A DNA stretch of 64,000 nucleotides, taken from contig NC_043011.1 in NCBI RefSeq assembly GCF_006345805.1, positions 18,240,464-18,304,463 on the forward strand, in the 5' to 3' direction. Numbering within the stretch: position 1 is the stretch's first letter; the number at the start of each line of letters is the position of its first letter. This stretch comes from Octopus sinensis (lineage: Eukaryota). The notes under the pieces were generated by a model. That model was not told where the DNA came from. It ran no database searches and saw only the letters and a program-made list of their open reading frames with translations. Below, in pieces: positions 1 through 15,208 of the stretch. The position numbers and the translations under genes are program-made.

Positions 1-540
1 AAGATATAAGAGAATTTCTGAAGCTGTAAACTCTTTGAACAGTATAGTGTCAGTACTTATCAGGAAGATAAATAAAGAACTTAAGAATGAATTGAAATTC
101 GAAAAGGTTAGGAAGAAGTATGGTGTAGATACAAAAGGCATGAATCGGCGCACACAAAGCTAACTGGGTTTTGAACAACAGACTAAGCAATTCCAGCAAA
201 CAAAGTGTTTAGAACCTTTCAAAAAAAGATTTTACCAATAGATTAAAGATGATAAAAAGTGAAATGTTAGTCCCTGATGCTGATGAAAGTCGACTTTTTT
301 GGTCGGGTAAGATATGGAGTATGCAAGGAAAACATAATACTACAGCCGAATGGCCGTGCAGCCTGATGTAAATAGATTCTTATCTCCAGCAAAAGGCTAT
401 CCTGGTCACAGAAGACTGTTTCTGAAATATGAATAAATACATAAGCAATTGGAAAGCAGCAGGACCTGATGGTGTACAGGCATTTTGGATAAAAAAAAAG
501 TTTAGTAGTTGCTATAAATAGATGCAATTTAATGCATTGA
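1..540 (+). mobile_element. Decayed R4/Dong-like (RLE-clade) non-LTR retrotransposon fragment, pre-RT/RT N-terminal region
   Basis: Hand translation across frameshifts gives FEQQTKQFQQ..RFYQ, VPDADESRLFWSGKIW and ISNWKAAGPDGVQAFWIKKKF (from 441), matching the NWKAPGPDG..FW.K motif upstream of non-LTR RT domains. Confidence 0.72.
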
Positions 541-2169
541 TCAATGAAGAAGATATCAAGAGCACAACACTGTTCCTCCTTTTATCAACCAGCCCGTCCT
601 TCCAAGCCAAAAGAAAGTAGCGGGGCGATCTTCAGTATGGACCCGGTTGATAACCAGGTCTATTCCACAAGCTTCCGTAAGTCAACAATGCCCGGGCGAT
701 GAACGAGTACACGTGAAACAGTTTTGCCACCATCTGCATACCTTGGACAAGTCCATTTGATAGAACTTACATATCTATAGAATGAGTCTCGAACCGTTAG
801 AGCACATCGGTATCAGTGCCATGCCAGAGAATTCTGGAAATTATATGTAGGTCTCGTACCGAAAGTCTCCAAAACAGAGCAGTTAATTGAACCCTCCCGG
901 CACCTAGAGCTTCTCTACGAATGTCATCGCTCTTGTATGGCCGTTCCGTAATCTAAAACGATTTTCAAAATTTTCAAAGTGAGGATCGCTATTTTTGTAA
1001 TCTTTTTTGTCATGTTTGTACCGCCATTAATTGCAACCATTTGCTCAGACAGCCGGCAGATACCATTTCGCTAGCAACAAGAGAGCACAGGATGTCAGTC
1101 AGCTAAAACCGTCGCTTTGCTGCCTCTCTTCTTTCTTTTCTCTGTGGAGTTAATAATCTTAATCTTTAGTTACAGTTTCTCATCCAAACTACATAATAGG
1201 CAGAATTCTTACATTAAGACAGTAGGCTGTTTTTAGGGAGATTTGGTTGCTATTTCTACCAGGTCTAGTGACCATGTAGAGGTCTCTTTCATTAGCTTCT
1301 ACATACATATATACATAAAATCAAAATAAAATATTTAAAGCAACAGGTGTTAAATAAAAACGTCAAGGTCCATGCAGTTTCATAGGCCCTAAAACTTTCC
1401 AACTTCTTGCGTAATGAGAGCCGAGAGCGATCTCTTAAAGCATTTTAGTATTACGTGTGTATTGTAATGTGAGATACTGTCCTATGTATAAATATATATA
1501 TATATCAAAAGATTCAGTACTATTTACGCAACAATTTTAACTTAATTTACATACACATATTTGCATTTCAAAAATTTAACATAATCTTTTCTATAAATCA
1601 ACTATCGTAAACATTTTATACGATAATGATACATTTTCTATATGTGTGTGTACCTTAAAAGACATCAATCATCATGATACACACCTTCACTCACTCATTC
1701 TATCTCTTTTTCTTACCCGCTTTATCTCTCACATACATACGCGCATGCAAGCACGCACGCACACACACAGGCACACACACAGGTCCACTTCATATAGACG
1801 TACATACATCTTTCAATTTCTATCTGTTCTTTTCGCTTTCTCTTCTTTTAATATCTGCTCTTTTCAAATAAAACTTTTATGGGTACAACTGCTTATGAAT
1901 ATCGGGATTAATGTACAATTTCTCTCTGTATTCATAATATTTTGTATACAATATTGGAAAAAATATGGCACCAAAGAAAAACGTTTTCTCCCCAGAAACA
2001 AGTATAAAGCAAGGAGAATTGTAGAAAGCCGAAGGCGAGAGTCTGAAGAGAGAAGCTAGATGAGATTTTCTCGACATCAGCAAATGCATGTTGCAGCACT
2101 TAATGCTGGATCATTAAAACAATGTTTTGATGATTAGACAGAGGTCCAATAGAATAGCTCTCAGAAACA

Positions 2170-3185
2170 GACTACTGCCGGTAGCCACTGAATGGCAGCT
2201 GATGGACCATGTGAGAAGCGGAACTCGTCATCTCAACAGCAATCAGAAGAACAATTGCTCTAGCATGTTCAGCCAAGAAGCAAGGCAGTAGATAATGGAA
2301 GCGATGTACGCATTCACCACCTCTTCGGGAGCCTTCACGTACAGCATCAAGTCTCCACATTTCTGGATGAGACTGGCGACTACTCAGCCTGTTATCATTC
2401 AGCAATTTGTGTCCACTCGGACGTCCGGTCCAAAGTAGACTCCGACCAATTTAATCGGTCGTTCCCTCCAGCGCCCTACGAATCTATCGGATGTTATGGA
2501 CCTCCTTCTCTTGAACCTGGCTTCAAACCGAGAAACTTCTGGTTCGCCTTTACGTCTGTCAATGTTTCCCATACCCTTAATATATTGGCGATCACCCTGA
2601 TTCCGAGCAAGTCCAACACTATTACTGATAAACCGACACGATGATCCCACGTCCTAGTTCGTTCGGCATGCCCCTCGGGACATCCAGGTCTCGTAGCAAT
2701 GGTTTGAGAGCAAGCACGTACAGAAAGGGTCAGAATGAGCATACTTGACTGACTGAATTTGCGATGCTAACGGATGCCGAATTGGTGGCCACTCACATAG
2801 ACAACCAATCAAATATCGCGGTAAATTTCAGCGATCCAGCCTCTGAAAATCGATTACTAAGTTATCAACCTCCAAACATTAGAGATCGACCCTATCAAAA
2901 CCTTTTAATTGATCCAAATTGAACGGGACCCCTTCCCCCCAAGATAGTTTCCTTATCTACCCTCTCTATGATGTATCGTGTGGTGTGTAGATTGTCGTGA
3001 ATACATTGCATGGGTTAACCCATATCTTCACACCGTAGACCATTGCGCTAACTTTTTAAAATCTGCTTTCAGTAGAGTTACGGACCTAAAATTATCTTCT
3101 TCGTCTCCTTCATTTGGATCCTTTTACAGCAGCAGCGCCACCACGCTACGAATAACAGCGCTTGGAATTAACCCATTCTGCTAGT
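2170..3185 (-). mobile_element. Decayed Tx1/L1-clade LINE reverse transcriptase fragment
   Basis: Minus-strand motifs in the expected order: DPNEGDEEDNFRSVTLLKADFKKLA, IHDNLH..RYIIER, NLDQLKGFDRVD (~2885-2920), SVSQVCSF*PFLYVLALKPLLR (degenerate QGCPLSP), PIKLVGVYFGPD. Many stops and frameshifts. Confidence 0.85.
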
Positions 3186-4494
3186 ATTTGCGTTAGACAT
3201 CAACTAAGCTATTACATGCAATAATTTTCACTTTCACTCGTAGACTCCAAAAATATATTTACATCATTTAATGTCGTTAATGCTTATGTTTATTTCTAGG
3301 CTATGAAATCATGGACTTTCTCCCCACATATCCTAGTTATGAAATATTTGGCATTCGGTCTTCCACAATGTAAGCAATTCATTTCCTTAAATACTTTTCG
3401 GTAACCATATATTGTTTCCAGTAAAAAATATATGCGTACACTGCAGTGATAATGCGGATCTCAATTTCTTTGTGTCAAGATTTTCCTGTTTTAGTATGAA
3501 ATATATGAATTAATGCCGAGACCGAAAAATTAGCATTCAGCACCCTTAAGAAGAATTCTAAAACAATGTCATACATTTTATATTAAGATTTTGACTTCTA
3601 AAACAAGTTTTACTCTTTTAAATTACAGTTCATTGGCTCTCCCTCAAGATGGCGATTGGTAACTGATATTTGATTATGCTGAATGTTAGTAGCTAGCGTC
3701 TCAGCCAGATTCCAAGAACTCTTACATACAACTTGTAGTGGAAAGCGTTCTTCACTCAAATAAGTATTTAAGATTTATCAGTTTCATGAATTAAAATTTA
3801 ATGAGCAATGCCCCATATTCAAATTTTGAAATTAACTGTAATCTACAGTATCCGATTAGGAGAGACCGATAATCCAAGGCACAGTGAGAAAGACTAATAT
3901 AAGTGATTATCACAAAGAGAAAGTTAAGACGTATCCATGTTTTATATTAATTAAATTTGTTTCTGTGTATGTGTGTGTGTGAGTATGCGTACGTATGGCT
4001 GCATGTGTTTAGTGTGTATTCATGTTCTTTTGGCCATATATTCTGTGTATTCAAACACGTTTTATATGCAGTAAGACTGAAGATCTTACATATTTCCTTT
4101 AAGACCATGCTTGCCTCATCTGGATTTGATGATGGCGCGTTGAGAGTTGAATATATTTCGTAGTTATTTGTCGTTCATGACGTTTATTTTTATGTGTGTC
4201 AGCGTGAGCTTTTGCATTTCTATTAAATAACGGAAGGAACGCGTTAGGAAGTATTTTAATATTCCTGAAACTCCTCAAAATATTTTTTTACACTGTTAGT
4301 TAAATATCTTATGACAATCATTTATTCAAGGAAAACAAAGAAATTTCATTCCTGCCTTTATATTAAAACCTTTGGAATGTTCGCTTCTCGTAAATTCTTC
4401 TTTATCTAAAGCTTTGAATGAGAAAAATTAATAAAATAAAAATAATGAATTCTCTATGTGCTTTGAAACATATTATTGTTATTTATTTATGTGA

Positions 4495-5060
<566 letters not shown>

Positions 5061-8000
5061 TGTTCTGGGAGTTTCATGCATACGTGCAAGCATACATATG
5101 CATTCACACGTATACACAGCTCACGCATAATTGTTTATGTCGCTATGTCAGTGAGAGCTTGCAAGGGTATGTTCGAGCTTGGTTGCATATGCATGCTTGC
5201 TCACTTTTTGATTTAAGTATTATTTAACAATATGGATGTTTATGAACCTCTTCCTTTTGATGTGGATTTAATCATTTGTATTATATCTGAAAGCTATTTT
5301 GTCTGTTTATATTTTTATTTGAATGCCAGTTTATTTGATATCTTTATTTGAATATAATGCTACTCAAGATATGTTAACATTGAAAATATATATATTTATC
5401 AAAAATTTTATTACGGAAGCGGAAATATGGATGAATTATTATATGTCTTAAATTACATAAAAATATTGAAATCATTCAGAACGTGCGTTAATGGCGATCA
5501 TGGGGTTCTTGTCTCATTTATAACTTAAAAGCAATGAATTGATTTGAGATTTTAAGCATTATGAACGCAAGCTACTTATGATATCAATTGTCGTAAAGGC
5601 AAGAATTTATTGCAAATATTTTGATGCGTAATATAATACGTCGAAAGTTAAGATCATTAAATTAATGCCGTATATTTTTTGGTGGGGCTACATGAAGAAA
5701 GAGACAAACAAAATGAAAAGTCACAATTCTACATAATAGGAATAATTTATTCCCATAATACAGTCGTGTGTGTTGGATGTATACTGTTTTTTTTTTGGTC
5801 ACAGAAACAGAAGTTCATCATTACAAAAATATGAAAGTCAAAAAGATTTTAGAATATATCAACATCATTTCAAAAGTGTAAAAAAAATAAAATAAAAGAA
5901 ACAATATCATGTTTCAGACAATGTCTTTTTTTCAACCATATGTCTTTAATGTGAGCAAAAAGCCTTCACCATATATGTATGTGTCTGTGTGCGTGTGTGT
6001 AACATATATAATTATATATATATATATATAAGATTTATTAGTGAGGGATCACCTACCTGGGAAAATATTGTTTATGCTCCGTGACAATAATCAGACCAAC
6101 AATATTGTTTCGATTACTAAAGAACTCTACACATTTTTGTGGCAGGAACAGTGGTTATAGTTCAACACCATTCTATACTGTAAAACCGTGATTGTGTTCC
6201 ATTTATATTGTTGTTTTGTAAACATAGTAATATACAAGATATAGTATAAACAGTGCCCATTATGTATTTTTTTATAGTAGTAAATTTGACTTACAGCTGT
6301 TTCCAGACATTGTATGTTCGTTATTGATAGGTTTACTAGACCTGTCGATTGCTTATTTGACATAAATTGAACGACCTAAAAAATTTATGCTTCTTTCATC
6401 AAATTCATTTCTGGTTATAACAAAAAGGAACAGTGAAGGAACGGTGCGGGCATGGAGGAGGAGAAGAGAGGAAATAAGAATAATGTAAGTGGAAGAGAGA
6501 GAAAGAGGCGATGATTTGGAAGAAAATGATTATAGTGAAGATAAAAAAAGACGAGAGGAAGGAGTAGAGAAAGGGAGGCATTGGATAGAAAAAAAAGGGC
6601 TGCGAATAGCTGAAATCAAGGAAAAACAGTCATGAAATGTGTTTGTAATTGGGTTGTCACACATGAAAATATTTACATTGTTTTCAGGGCAGATACTCTA
6701 AAAATATTGTACTGAAATTTTATATCGGCCAATTATAAATCTGGTCATTGATATTTTGTCAAAATGAGGGAATTGTATTAGAAATTTAAAGGTCAGAAAT
6801 ACCTATATTATGATGGGAAATGTGAGGAAGCCTTGGTGTGTTTGAATATAAAGTATAGTGAGAGAAATGTGTGTTTAAAATAAAATGAATTCGAGTTATT
6901 TCAAACCAAAATAAAATTGAAGGTCGAATATATTTTTAGATTAAATTAAATTAAAAGAATTATAAAGAATGAAATATATAATAAATTGATTATTAAAATG
7001 TAAAACTAATTAAAATTAAAGTAATTTTTTAAAAAATCAAAAGAATTCTAAGGAATATAAAAATACATAAGAAGGCTAATGAAAATAAATAAAGCAAAAG
7101 AATATATGAAATAAAAGAATAACATTTTTAAATATTTGAAAATTTAAAATTTTTCAGAAATTCTAAACGTGAAATACTTTAAATATATGTATACGTGCAT
7201 ACGCGATCATTTCCACATACACATTTCCACACATATACATAAATACGTACATATACATATATGTATTAGTGTGCGTATGTATTTGTATGTAAATGTGTGT
7301 GTGTGTGTAGGTATGTGTATGTGTACCTGTCTGTCTGAGTAAGCAATCAGTATTGAATAATTGCAACTGAATACGCTCGAATAAGCAGAAATCTTGATTT
7401 AACGATTCCACTGCAAATGACATTTTCCGCACACATTCGACAGTTTTCGACACCTTTCATCTAGACGACTTCAATTTCTATTGCTATACTTCTGTATGAC
7501 CAATGAATACTGCGTTGCTTTGCATTCTGCAGTATATCTACATTAAGTAAAACATAGAGAATGCTATTTGAAATAAAACAGCCCCTGTCACTAATATGTA
7601 ATTTTAACCCAGCCTGCCAAGTGTCTTTAAGCATGTGTAGCATCCTCATGCATACTTACATCTTTTTCAAGTCACACACATATTTCACGTATATTGCATT
7701 TAAACAACAACACTGTATTTCTAGCGAATTGGATCTCAAAACAAGTTAAACTATAAACTTTTTTAATGCATTTTAAAAGACATGAACGAAAGGTTCATAA
7801 AGGCACGAATTGTTGGCATCGACGAAAATAATTTCAACGACAATCCGAGGAAAATATATCAATATATTGATACAAAAATGCAAAGACACTTGTACATAAT
7901 GCGTTTTAAGCATTTGACATGTGCATAATAACTCAAATCTTAAAGCAATTGGTTACTCTAACAAGTCTTTTATACTGGCATGGCAAAACTCTAGCAGACG

Positions 8001-8236
8001 ACAATGTTTTGTAATTCAATGTAAGTGGGAGAATTAAGTCAATGTCACAATCTCACATTATCATATTTTCTAGTTGTGTATAATAATGAGTTCTAGTCAC
8101 ATGGAGTCGGAATTATTTATATAGGAATATTTCCTTTTTCGGTTCTAATAGAACTTTTGAATAATTAACACAGAGTTCCTTCAATACACATGATATATGT
8201 TCAAAAATATATACACACTAACACAAATACACACGC

Positions 8237-8540
<304 letters not shown>

Positions 8541-10489
8541 CGTGTAGGCATTTTTTGTGTCTGTGCCCGTTGATTTCAGCATGCTCTAACAATGACACTT
8601 GCATCTTGGTGAAGGTTGTACGGGCGCACTTGAGTCGTAATATACAACGTTTTATAGAGGGTGGCACCTATATTTATCCAGTTACGACCACAGTCGATTT
8701 CTTCGAACTTGATAGAAACTTGGATAGAAAACAGAAAATATACCCTGTTGTTTTGTAAACCATTTGATTTCGAAATAAGAGGAAGTTCAGCAAACCGAAA
8801 TGGAATAAATGTTATCATAAAAACGAAGAATGAAAACATTTTCAGAACAAAATATTATGTTTAACATAATTGTTTTGATTTTGCCTTAGTTTGATATAAA
8901 TAACTGCTAATACAAGAGACAAACATCCATCATATTAAATTGACTAATCAATCTTGCTATTTTAATAATCGGATTAAGGCGGTATTTTAAAGTGATCTTT
9001 AATTGTCACTTGTGTTTTTAGCCTGACGTTTGAATTTAATTCATTCTTAAAAAGCTATCCAAGCGTAAAGCAAGGTGTTCTGTTTATTAGTTTTGCCGTG
9101 AATGTGCATCGTCTTCATATAATATATGTGTGTGTGTGTTAGTGTACGTGTGTGACAGTGTGTGTGTGTACATACACACATCGGCGCATACACACACATA
9201 TATAATGTCTATATATGTGTGTATATATATTTATATTTAAATGCATATATATATACATACATATATACACATGAACTCATACATACATATACATGCATAC
9301 GTACATACACATACACACATACACACATATAAATATCATGTAATAAGCAAAATATATGATTTAAGCGCTACTATTAGTTCCATGTGAAGAGAGTTTGCCT
9401 AACAATATTTTTGAACATGTCTGGTGTCGAAGCACGATCAGCAGGCAGTGCCCACATGATATAACAAACTCAAACTGGGACGGGAAGATGAAAGGGAAAG
9501 CGAGAAAAGACAAGAAAGGAGTAGATATAAAATATGTAAGGTTGAAACACCGGAACACAAAAAAAGACAAAAGGAAACAAATAGGTGCGGGAGGGAGTTA
9601 TTTCCTTTTGACGTTAAACTATAAGTTTGAAAAGACAGTGGCTCAGATTCTGTGTTACAGCTGTTCATTTCAAACGTTTTAGCAGTTGTAAGCATATGGA
9701 TAAGTTCCTGTTGACAAATTGGAATGTGCCACCCTCTTCGTTTTGAAAGCCTGTGCCACAAAAACTAAGCGACTAAATTTTCAGCCGTGTATTTTGCGGT
9801 CAAACGTTAAATAAATTTAATTCCTACCCAGATTTACTTCTTTAATTTTTCTTTTCCGTTTCCCGGTTTTGCAGCCTTCTTTTTATATATATTTCTTTGT
9901 TGCCTTTTCTCGCCTTTTCTCTCAATATGTCGTCCTATTATTACCTTGTTATACCATGTGAGCAGTGTCTGAAGATTGAGCTGAGACACCAGTCGTGTTA
10001 GAAAATATTTTTGTCATGCTGTCAACACATGAAACAAATAATAGTACATAAATATATATATATACATATACATGTATAGCTTTGCACATTGGTGTGCTTT
10101 TTTAAATGCTATATTGGTCGGACAAATACCACTCTGTAACTCTCCATGAATATCCCTCTCTTTATCTCTTTTTCTTTTTCTCTCACTTTCTTTGTTCGCC
10201 TTCTGCTCTCCCTCCCTCCCTCCCTCTCTCTCTCTCTCTCATACTTTTTACACTGACATCTATTTACAAGATCATTCAAATGTGATAGAAGATTTTCGCA
10301 AAGAAGTCTTATCGCAATGAAGGGTAGATACAATTAATATACAAAACATTGACCTGCAAAAGACAATAATCACATAATAACCACGTCACATACCTGGTAT
10401 GATTTTAAAAGCCAAAACATTTATCAGTTCTCGTGGAACATTATACACCAATCTACGATCCTGTAAATTTAAATGTAAATTTTTGAAAT

Positions 10490-10570
10490 GTCTTCCAATA
10501 TAGCCTCGGGCTTACAAAAGCCTTGTGAGTGGATCTGTTAGACGGACACTAAAAGAATACCACCGTGTAC
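10490..10570 (+). mobile_element. Fragment of SINE family A
   Basis: TATAGCCTCGGG..AAGCCTTGTGAGTGGAT..TAGACGGA matches the copy at 14570-14640. Confidence 0.7.
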
Positions 10571-11389
10571 ATATACATACACACACATGCACACACGCAC
10601 ATATATATGTGTATACACAAATGCACACACGCACACACAAAATGTACTGCTCCGTGATGCTAAGATGAACAATAAAGTACTCCATCTGGAGTTATATAAC
10701 AGTTATTTGATGAACACAATATATGTTTTTGTGCTACTGGTAGTTTCAAGTGATGAAAGTACGCCAGACAGTATTTGTTAACACATCAAATGTCTCAGCC
10801 TAATATTCACGTACTACCCACATGACATAATAAGTTGTGTTAGGATGAGAGATAAAACGATAAATGGCGAGAAAGTAGTAGATAAAACATGTGGAATGTT
10901 GAAAACTGGAAAACAAGAAGGAAAGCGAAAGAAGTAAAAGGCGGGAATTAGAGCTTATCGAAGTTCCAACAATCTGCGCCTATAAACTATCATATTTACT
11001 GAAAGTTGTTTTTCATATCTATTACGGACTATTCGAAGCTTACTAACTCCCCACACGCAGATCAATTGATCTTAAAATTACATTTTCAATATATACATAA
11101 ACTGCTTTTTAAAACAATAAAGCCAGGACATTCTCTATCTGTTTTCTCTTCCGCACTCTATCAAATTCATGAAACTCACTTCTTTATAGGAAACGTAATA
11201 CAAGAATGCAATACAATATTCAAATTTATTGAAATGCAAAAATGAATTAGATTATAATTTTAAAAAAAACATACAGAGCCAGAAACAGTCTATTGAAAAG
11301 TTTAACTCCATGCTGAATAAAGTAGCAAAAATTATGCGAAACAGAGACATTATGATATATTTCAATGATATTCTCATGCTATACACCAA

Positions 11390-12310
11390 CAATAGTGTGT
11401 TTGACCTCCTTCCTGAATTACCTCAAAGACGCGATTTCATGTTCCAATCAACTTCTGCAGCAAATCAAGTGCAATCTCGGCCCAGGGCTTCTTTATGGCC
11501 GTTTCAAATTGATCAATAGATGAATATTGCCTGCCTTTGATTTGCACAACATTTGTGAAATATCCCCAGGCATTCTCTGCAGTATTATGGTCGGAACACC
11601 CTGCCGGATTAATTTCATCACCAATTGCATGGAAGACATCCAAAGTTTCTTTGCTCTATGAATAGAAGCATTGTCCTGTTGAAATATAAAATTCTCGAGG
11701 TATCGTGCAGCATTGAAATGGCCAACCATGTCACAATTAGTAGCTCCCCATTGGCAGATATTACACCCCGCACCATAATACCTCCTCCACCGTTCTGTCA
11801 CTTGGAATCATTAGAATTTTTAATATGTTTAATTGCCTAGTAATACATCTAATCTTCATTGACATCCATATTCCATTTTTCCTCGTCAGAGAACAGAACC
11901 CTGGTCCATTCACCGTCTCATGTTTGATGCTGCCGAGCAAACACAATTCTAACAGCCTTGTGGGATGGGGAAATAACGGATACCACAGCCACTTCTTGAG
12001 GTGGAAACGCTGATTCAAAATCACTCTTCTTGCAGTGGCTGTCGAGATTCCTACTCCTGCTGATACCTTGATTTATGAAACAGAAGAGCAGCGTAAAATC
12101 CTCACAGCTCTGACAATGGCCCTTTCATCCCTTTCTGATGGAGCCTTGAGACATCCCTGTTGTAGCCGTCAGGACCTTTCAGACAGCTGTTCACTGGCGT
12201 TCTGCTCCCCTGAATCTTCGCGGCAATCTTTCGGTTGATCATTTCATCCGCTTTTAGTGCAAAAATCTTTCCTTGGTCCATTTCGGAAAGCTTTGTAGCT
12301 TTTGGAATAC
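11390..12310 (-). mobile_element. Decayed Tc1/Tc3-like transposase
   Basis: Minus strand: N-terminal PKATKLSEMDQGKIFALK..NRKIAAKI, SERDERAIVRA, WTRVLFSDEEKWNMD, QNGGGGIMV, IFQQDNASIH, then AENAWG. Multiple stops. Confidence 0.85.
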
Positions 12311-12877
12311 TGGAAGTGTAATCTTGACCACGGGGATTACGACTGAGTCGATAATTTTCCCGAGCAGTCTGGAAAGAAACGAAAATTTATTAGTAGCTTT
12401 AAAGTTTTGAATTGTTGATAACCTAGCGATAATTGGATAACCAGGTGTTGTAATGTGATAAGAAAGATACAAGGTTTACATTTCAAAGTATTCACGAAAT
12501 AACCACTTAAAATATATTATGCCCCTTCGACCACTTAAATAAACACCTTAATTTCCAAATAACTTCAAGAAACATGTGGCTTTATAGATTTGAATAGTAG
12601 TTTATATTGCTATAGGTGGCATCAGTTTGAACAAGGACCACAAAGAGCAACTGATATAATTAGATGTTAAATGAAAACAATCTCGTTCCATTGCTAATAT
12701 GCAATCGTGGTGTAACATTGATTGCATTGACCCGAGTGAATCATTATTGAGCCCACTTTATCTTACAAAAACATACGTAGATACGCCTGCTACGAATTTG
12801 ACAAGACAACTGTACATACTTTAAAATAAATAGGCATTAAGTATTAACACTTTACAAGACCCCTCTCTTTCCAGTTG

Positions 12878-13555
12878 TATTGGGTCATCCCATAAAGAAT
12901 GCGGTTTGTTATACTTTTTTTCAAAATTAAGAAAGTTCTGTTTTAATCTAAAATATACTCTCCTTCATTTTCTACAATGCTCTTCCATCTATATGCTAAA
13001 CTTGCAAAGGTCCTCTTCTAAACTTCTCTTGTCCGTGACGAAAAATACCGCTCCAGTATTGTTCTGACCCCGTCTACAGATTTCGTATTTTTTTCTGTCC
13101 AAATGCCTTTGAAGACTGCGGAATAAATGATAATCAGATGAGATAATGTCCGGCAGATATAGTGGGTGGGACGTTGTTTCTCATTCAAACTGCTCCAGCC
13201 TTTGGAATATCATCGCTGTATGTGGCCGATCATTATCCTGATAGAAGAACTCCTTTCGTCTCCAAACTAAAGAACCTTTCCCAAACCACTGTCTTCCGCG
13301 CTTGACATTTTTTATAGATAACCCATTTCTCATCATCAGCCATTATTCGGTTAAAAAAAAGTTCATTCGTGAGACATGACAGCAATGAAGAGCACAGATT
13401 CACTCTCTGTGCGCGATTAGACTCGGAAAGTTTGTAAGGAACCCATTGACCAAATTTGCTGGCTTTTCCGATGGCAAGCAGGAGTCGATAAATGGTTGAA
13501 TGATCAATTCCAAGCTTCTCTGCTAGTTCCTCGAGAGTTACGATAAAAAATACAT
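12878..13555 (-). mobile_element. Decayed mariner (DD34D-type) element, 3' part with probable TIR
   Basis: ORF 13233-13667 contains GQWVPYKL (WVPHEL motif) and FFNRIMADDEKWV. Downstream HPLYLPDIISSDYHLFRSLQ resembles HPPYSPDLAPSDYHLF. TA-TTGGGTCATCCCATAA at ~12878 looks like a mariner end. Confidence 0.88.
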
Positions 13556-14251
13556 TGTATTGGACCGATAATACTTCAATATTAATGCCTGAGGATACCA
13601 TATTTCTTGTTATGATAACACGATACTTATATTCCCATGCATGTAACGCCCTACCGATGCGCCACAAATCTCATACGCATAGAAGGAGAGAATGGACTAA
13701 AGGGAGCCGGAGGACACACGTGACGGAAAGAATTGCTGCAGAGATTACAGATGTGTGAAGAAAAATTTCCGGACAATGGACATCATATACCGTAAGAACT
13801 TTAATAAACAGGTGTAGAACGAATATATAATGGCATGTAAGTAGCGCGAGAAAACGGGGACTTGTGCTTATGCACAACTAAGTTCTGTGATAAAGCTGAC
13901 AATGGCTGTATGGTATTTGATATACAAGTATTTGTCTAAGTTACTTATAAGCATGCTACTGGACACTCTGAAGTATGTCTCTTAGTTAATCTCTTTAATC
14001 TTCCTAATTTTCTCCGGAGACAATTACTGTTATCTCCACTATGTCATTATATAACTTTTAAATAATACCGTAGTGTTATTTAAACTAAAGTGATGCAAGA
14101 TAATTAATAAGTTTCATGTGAATCTCCCTGATGCTGTAGGAAAGAATATCTGAGTATCTGTGAGTATCTGAGAGACTGTTCCAATAGACAATGTTACTTA
14201 ATTACAGAAGCAACTGTACTTATGACATGATAAGCCTTAGTATTCCCATCA

Positions 14252-14300
<49 letters not shown>

Positions 14301-14302
<2 letters not shown>

Positions 14303-14442
14303 TCTCCTACCCTGATGTAATCTCCAGGGATACAGGCATCCAACAACAGGACCTCCGTAATGCTATGATGGACCGTGAAGTCTGGCGCAACATGGTAAAT
14401 TTCATTGTCTCGACCACGGTCGAACAATGATGATGATGATGA
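14301..14442 (+). mobile_element. 3' terminus of an RTE-like LINE with (TGA)n tail
   Basis: LSYPDVISRDTGIQQQDLRNAMMDREVWRNMV..* (DRxxWR C-terminal motif) followed directly by TGATGATGA; flanked by (TA)n on both sides. Confidence 0.7.
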
Positions 14443-14660
14443 TATATATATATATATATATGTAAATATGCATAGGCGTAGGAGTGGCTGTGTGGTAAGT
14501 AGCTTGTTTTACAACCACATGGTTCCGGGTTCAGTCCCACTGCGTGGCACGTTGGGCAGGTGTCTTCTACTATAGCCTCGGGCCGACCAAAGCCTTGTGA
14601 GTGGATTTGGTAGAGGGAAACTGAAAGAAGCCCGTCGTAAATATGTGTATATATATATAC

Positions 14661-14901
14661 TCTTTTACTCTTTTACTTGTTTCAGTCATTTGACTGCGGC
14701 CATGCTGGAGCACCACCTTTAATCGAGCAACGCGACACCGGGACTTATTCTTTTGTAAGCCCAGTACTTATTCTATCGGTCCCTTTTGCCGAACCGCTAA
14801 GTAACGGGGACATAAACACACCAGCATCGGTTGTCAAGCAATGCTAGGGGCACAAACACAGACACACAAACACGCATATATATATATATTATATATATAT
14901 A

Positions 14902-14940
<39 letters not shown>

Positions 14941-14996
14941 TACGACGGGCTTCTTTCAGTTTCCGTCTACCAAATCCGCTCACAAGGCTTTGGTCG
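14661..14996 (-). mobile_element. SINE family A, 5'-truncated copy nested in the opposite orientation
   Basis: Reverse complement of the family A tail, internal (TA)n and 3' half of the head (CGACGGGCTTCTTTCAGTTTCCGTCTACCAAATCC). Confidence 0.88.
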
Positions 14997-15120
14997 AAAG
15001 AAAATAGTAAAAAGTGAAAAAACTTCACAAGGCTTGTTTTAAAAGGTTAAAACATATATATTTGAGTCATTATGTCAGAAGAATGTTAGAAATTTTTTTC
15101 ATACAATGACATAGTTTTTG

Positions 15121-15160
15121 AAGAAATGACCGGTTTCGCGTTCAGCTTTTCAAATTTCTT
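15121..15160 (-). ncRNA. Minimal type I hammerhead ribozyme, U3-A8 variant
   Basis: Minus strand reads AAGAAAU-UUGAAAA-GC-UGAAC-GC-GAAA-CCGG-UC^AUUUCUU: 7-bp stem I, 2-bp stem II, palindromic ACCGGU stem III. Predicted cleavage after the C at 15128. Confidence 0.8.
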
Positions 15161-15170
15161 ACATCGATGT

Positions 15171-15208
15171 AAAATTTGAAAAGCTGAACGCGAAACCGGT
15201 CATTTCTT
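15171..15208 (+). ncRNA. Minimal type I hammerhead ribozyme, U3-A8 variant (shortened stem I)
   Basis: AAAAU-UUGAAAA-GC-UGAAC-GC-GAAA-CCGG-UC^AUUUCUU; predicted cleavage after C15201; stem I only 4 bp. Confidence 0.72.
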
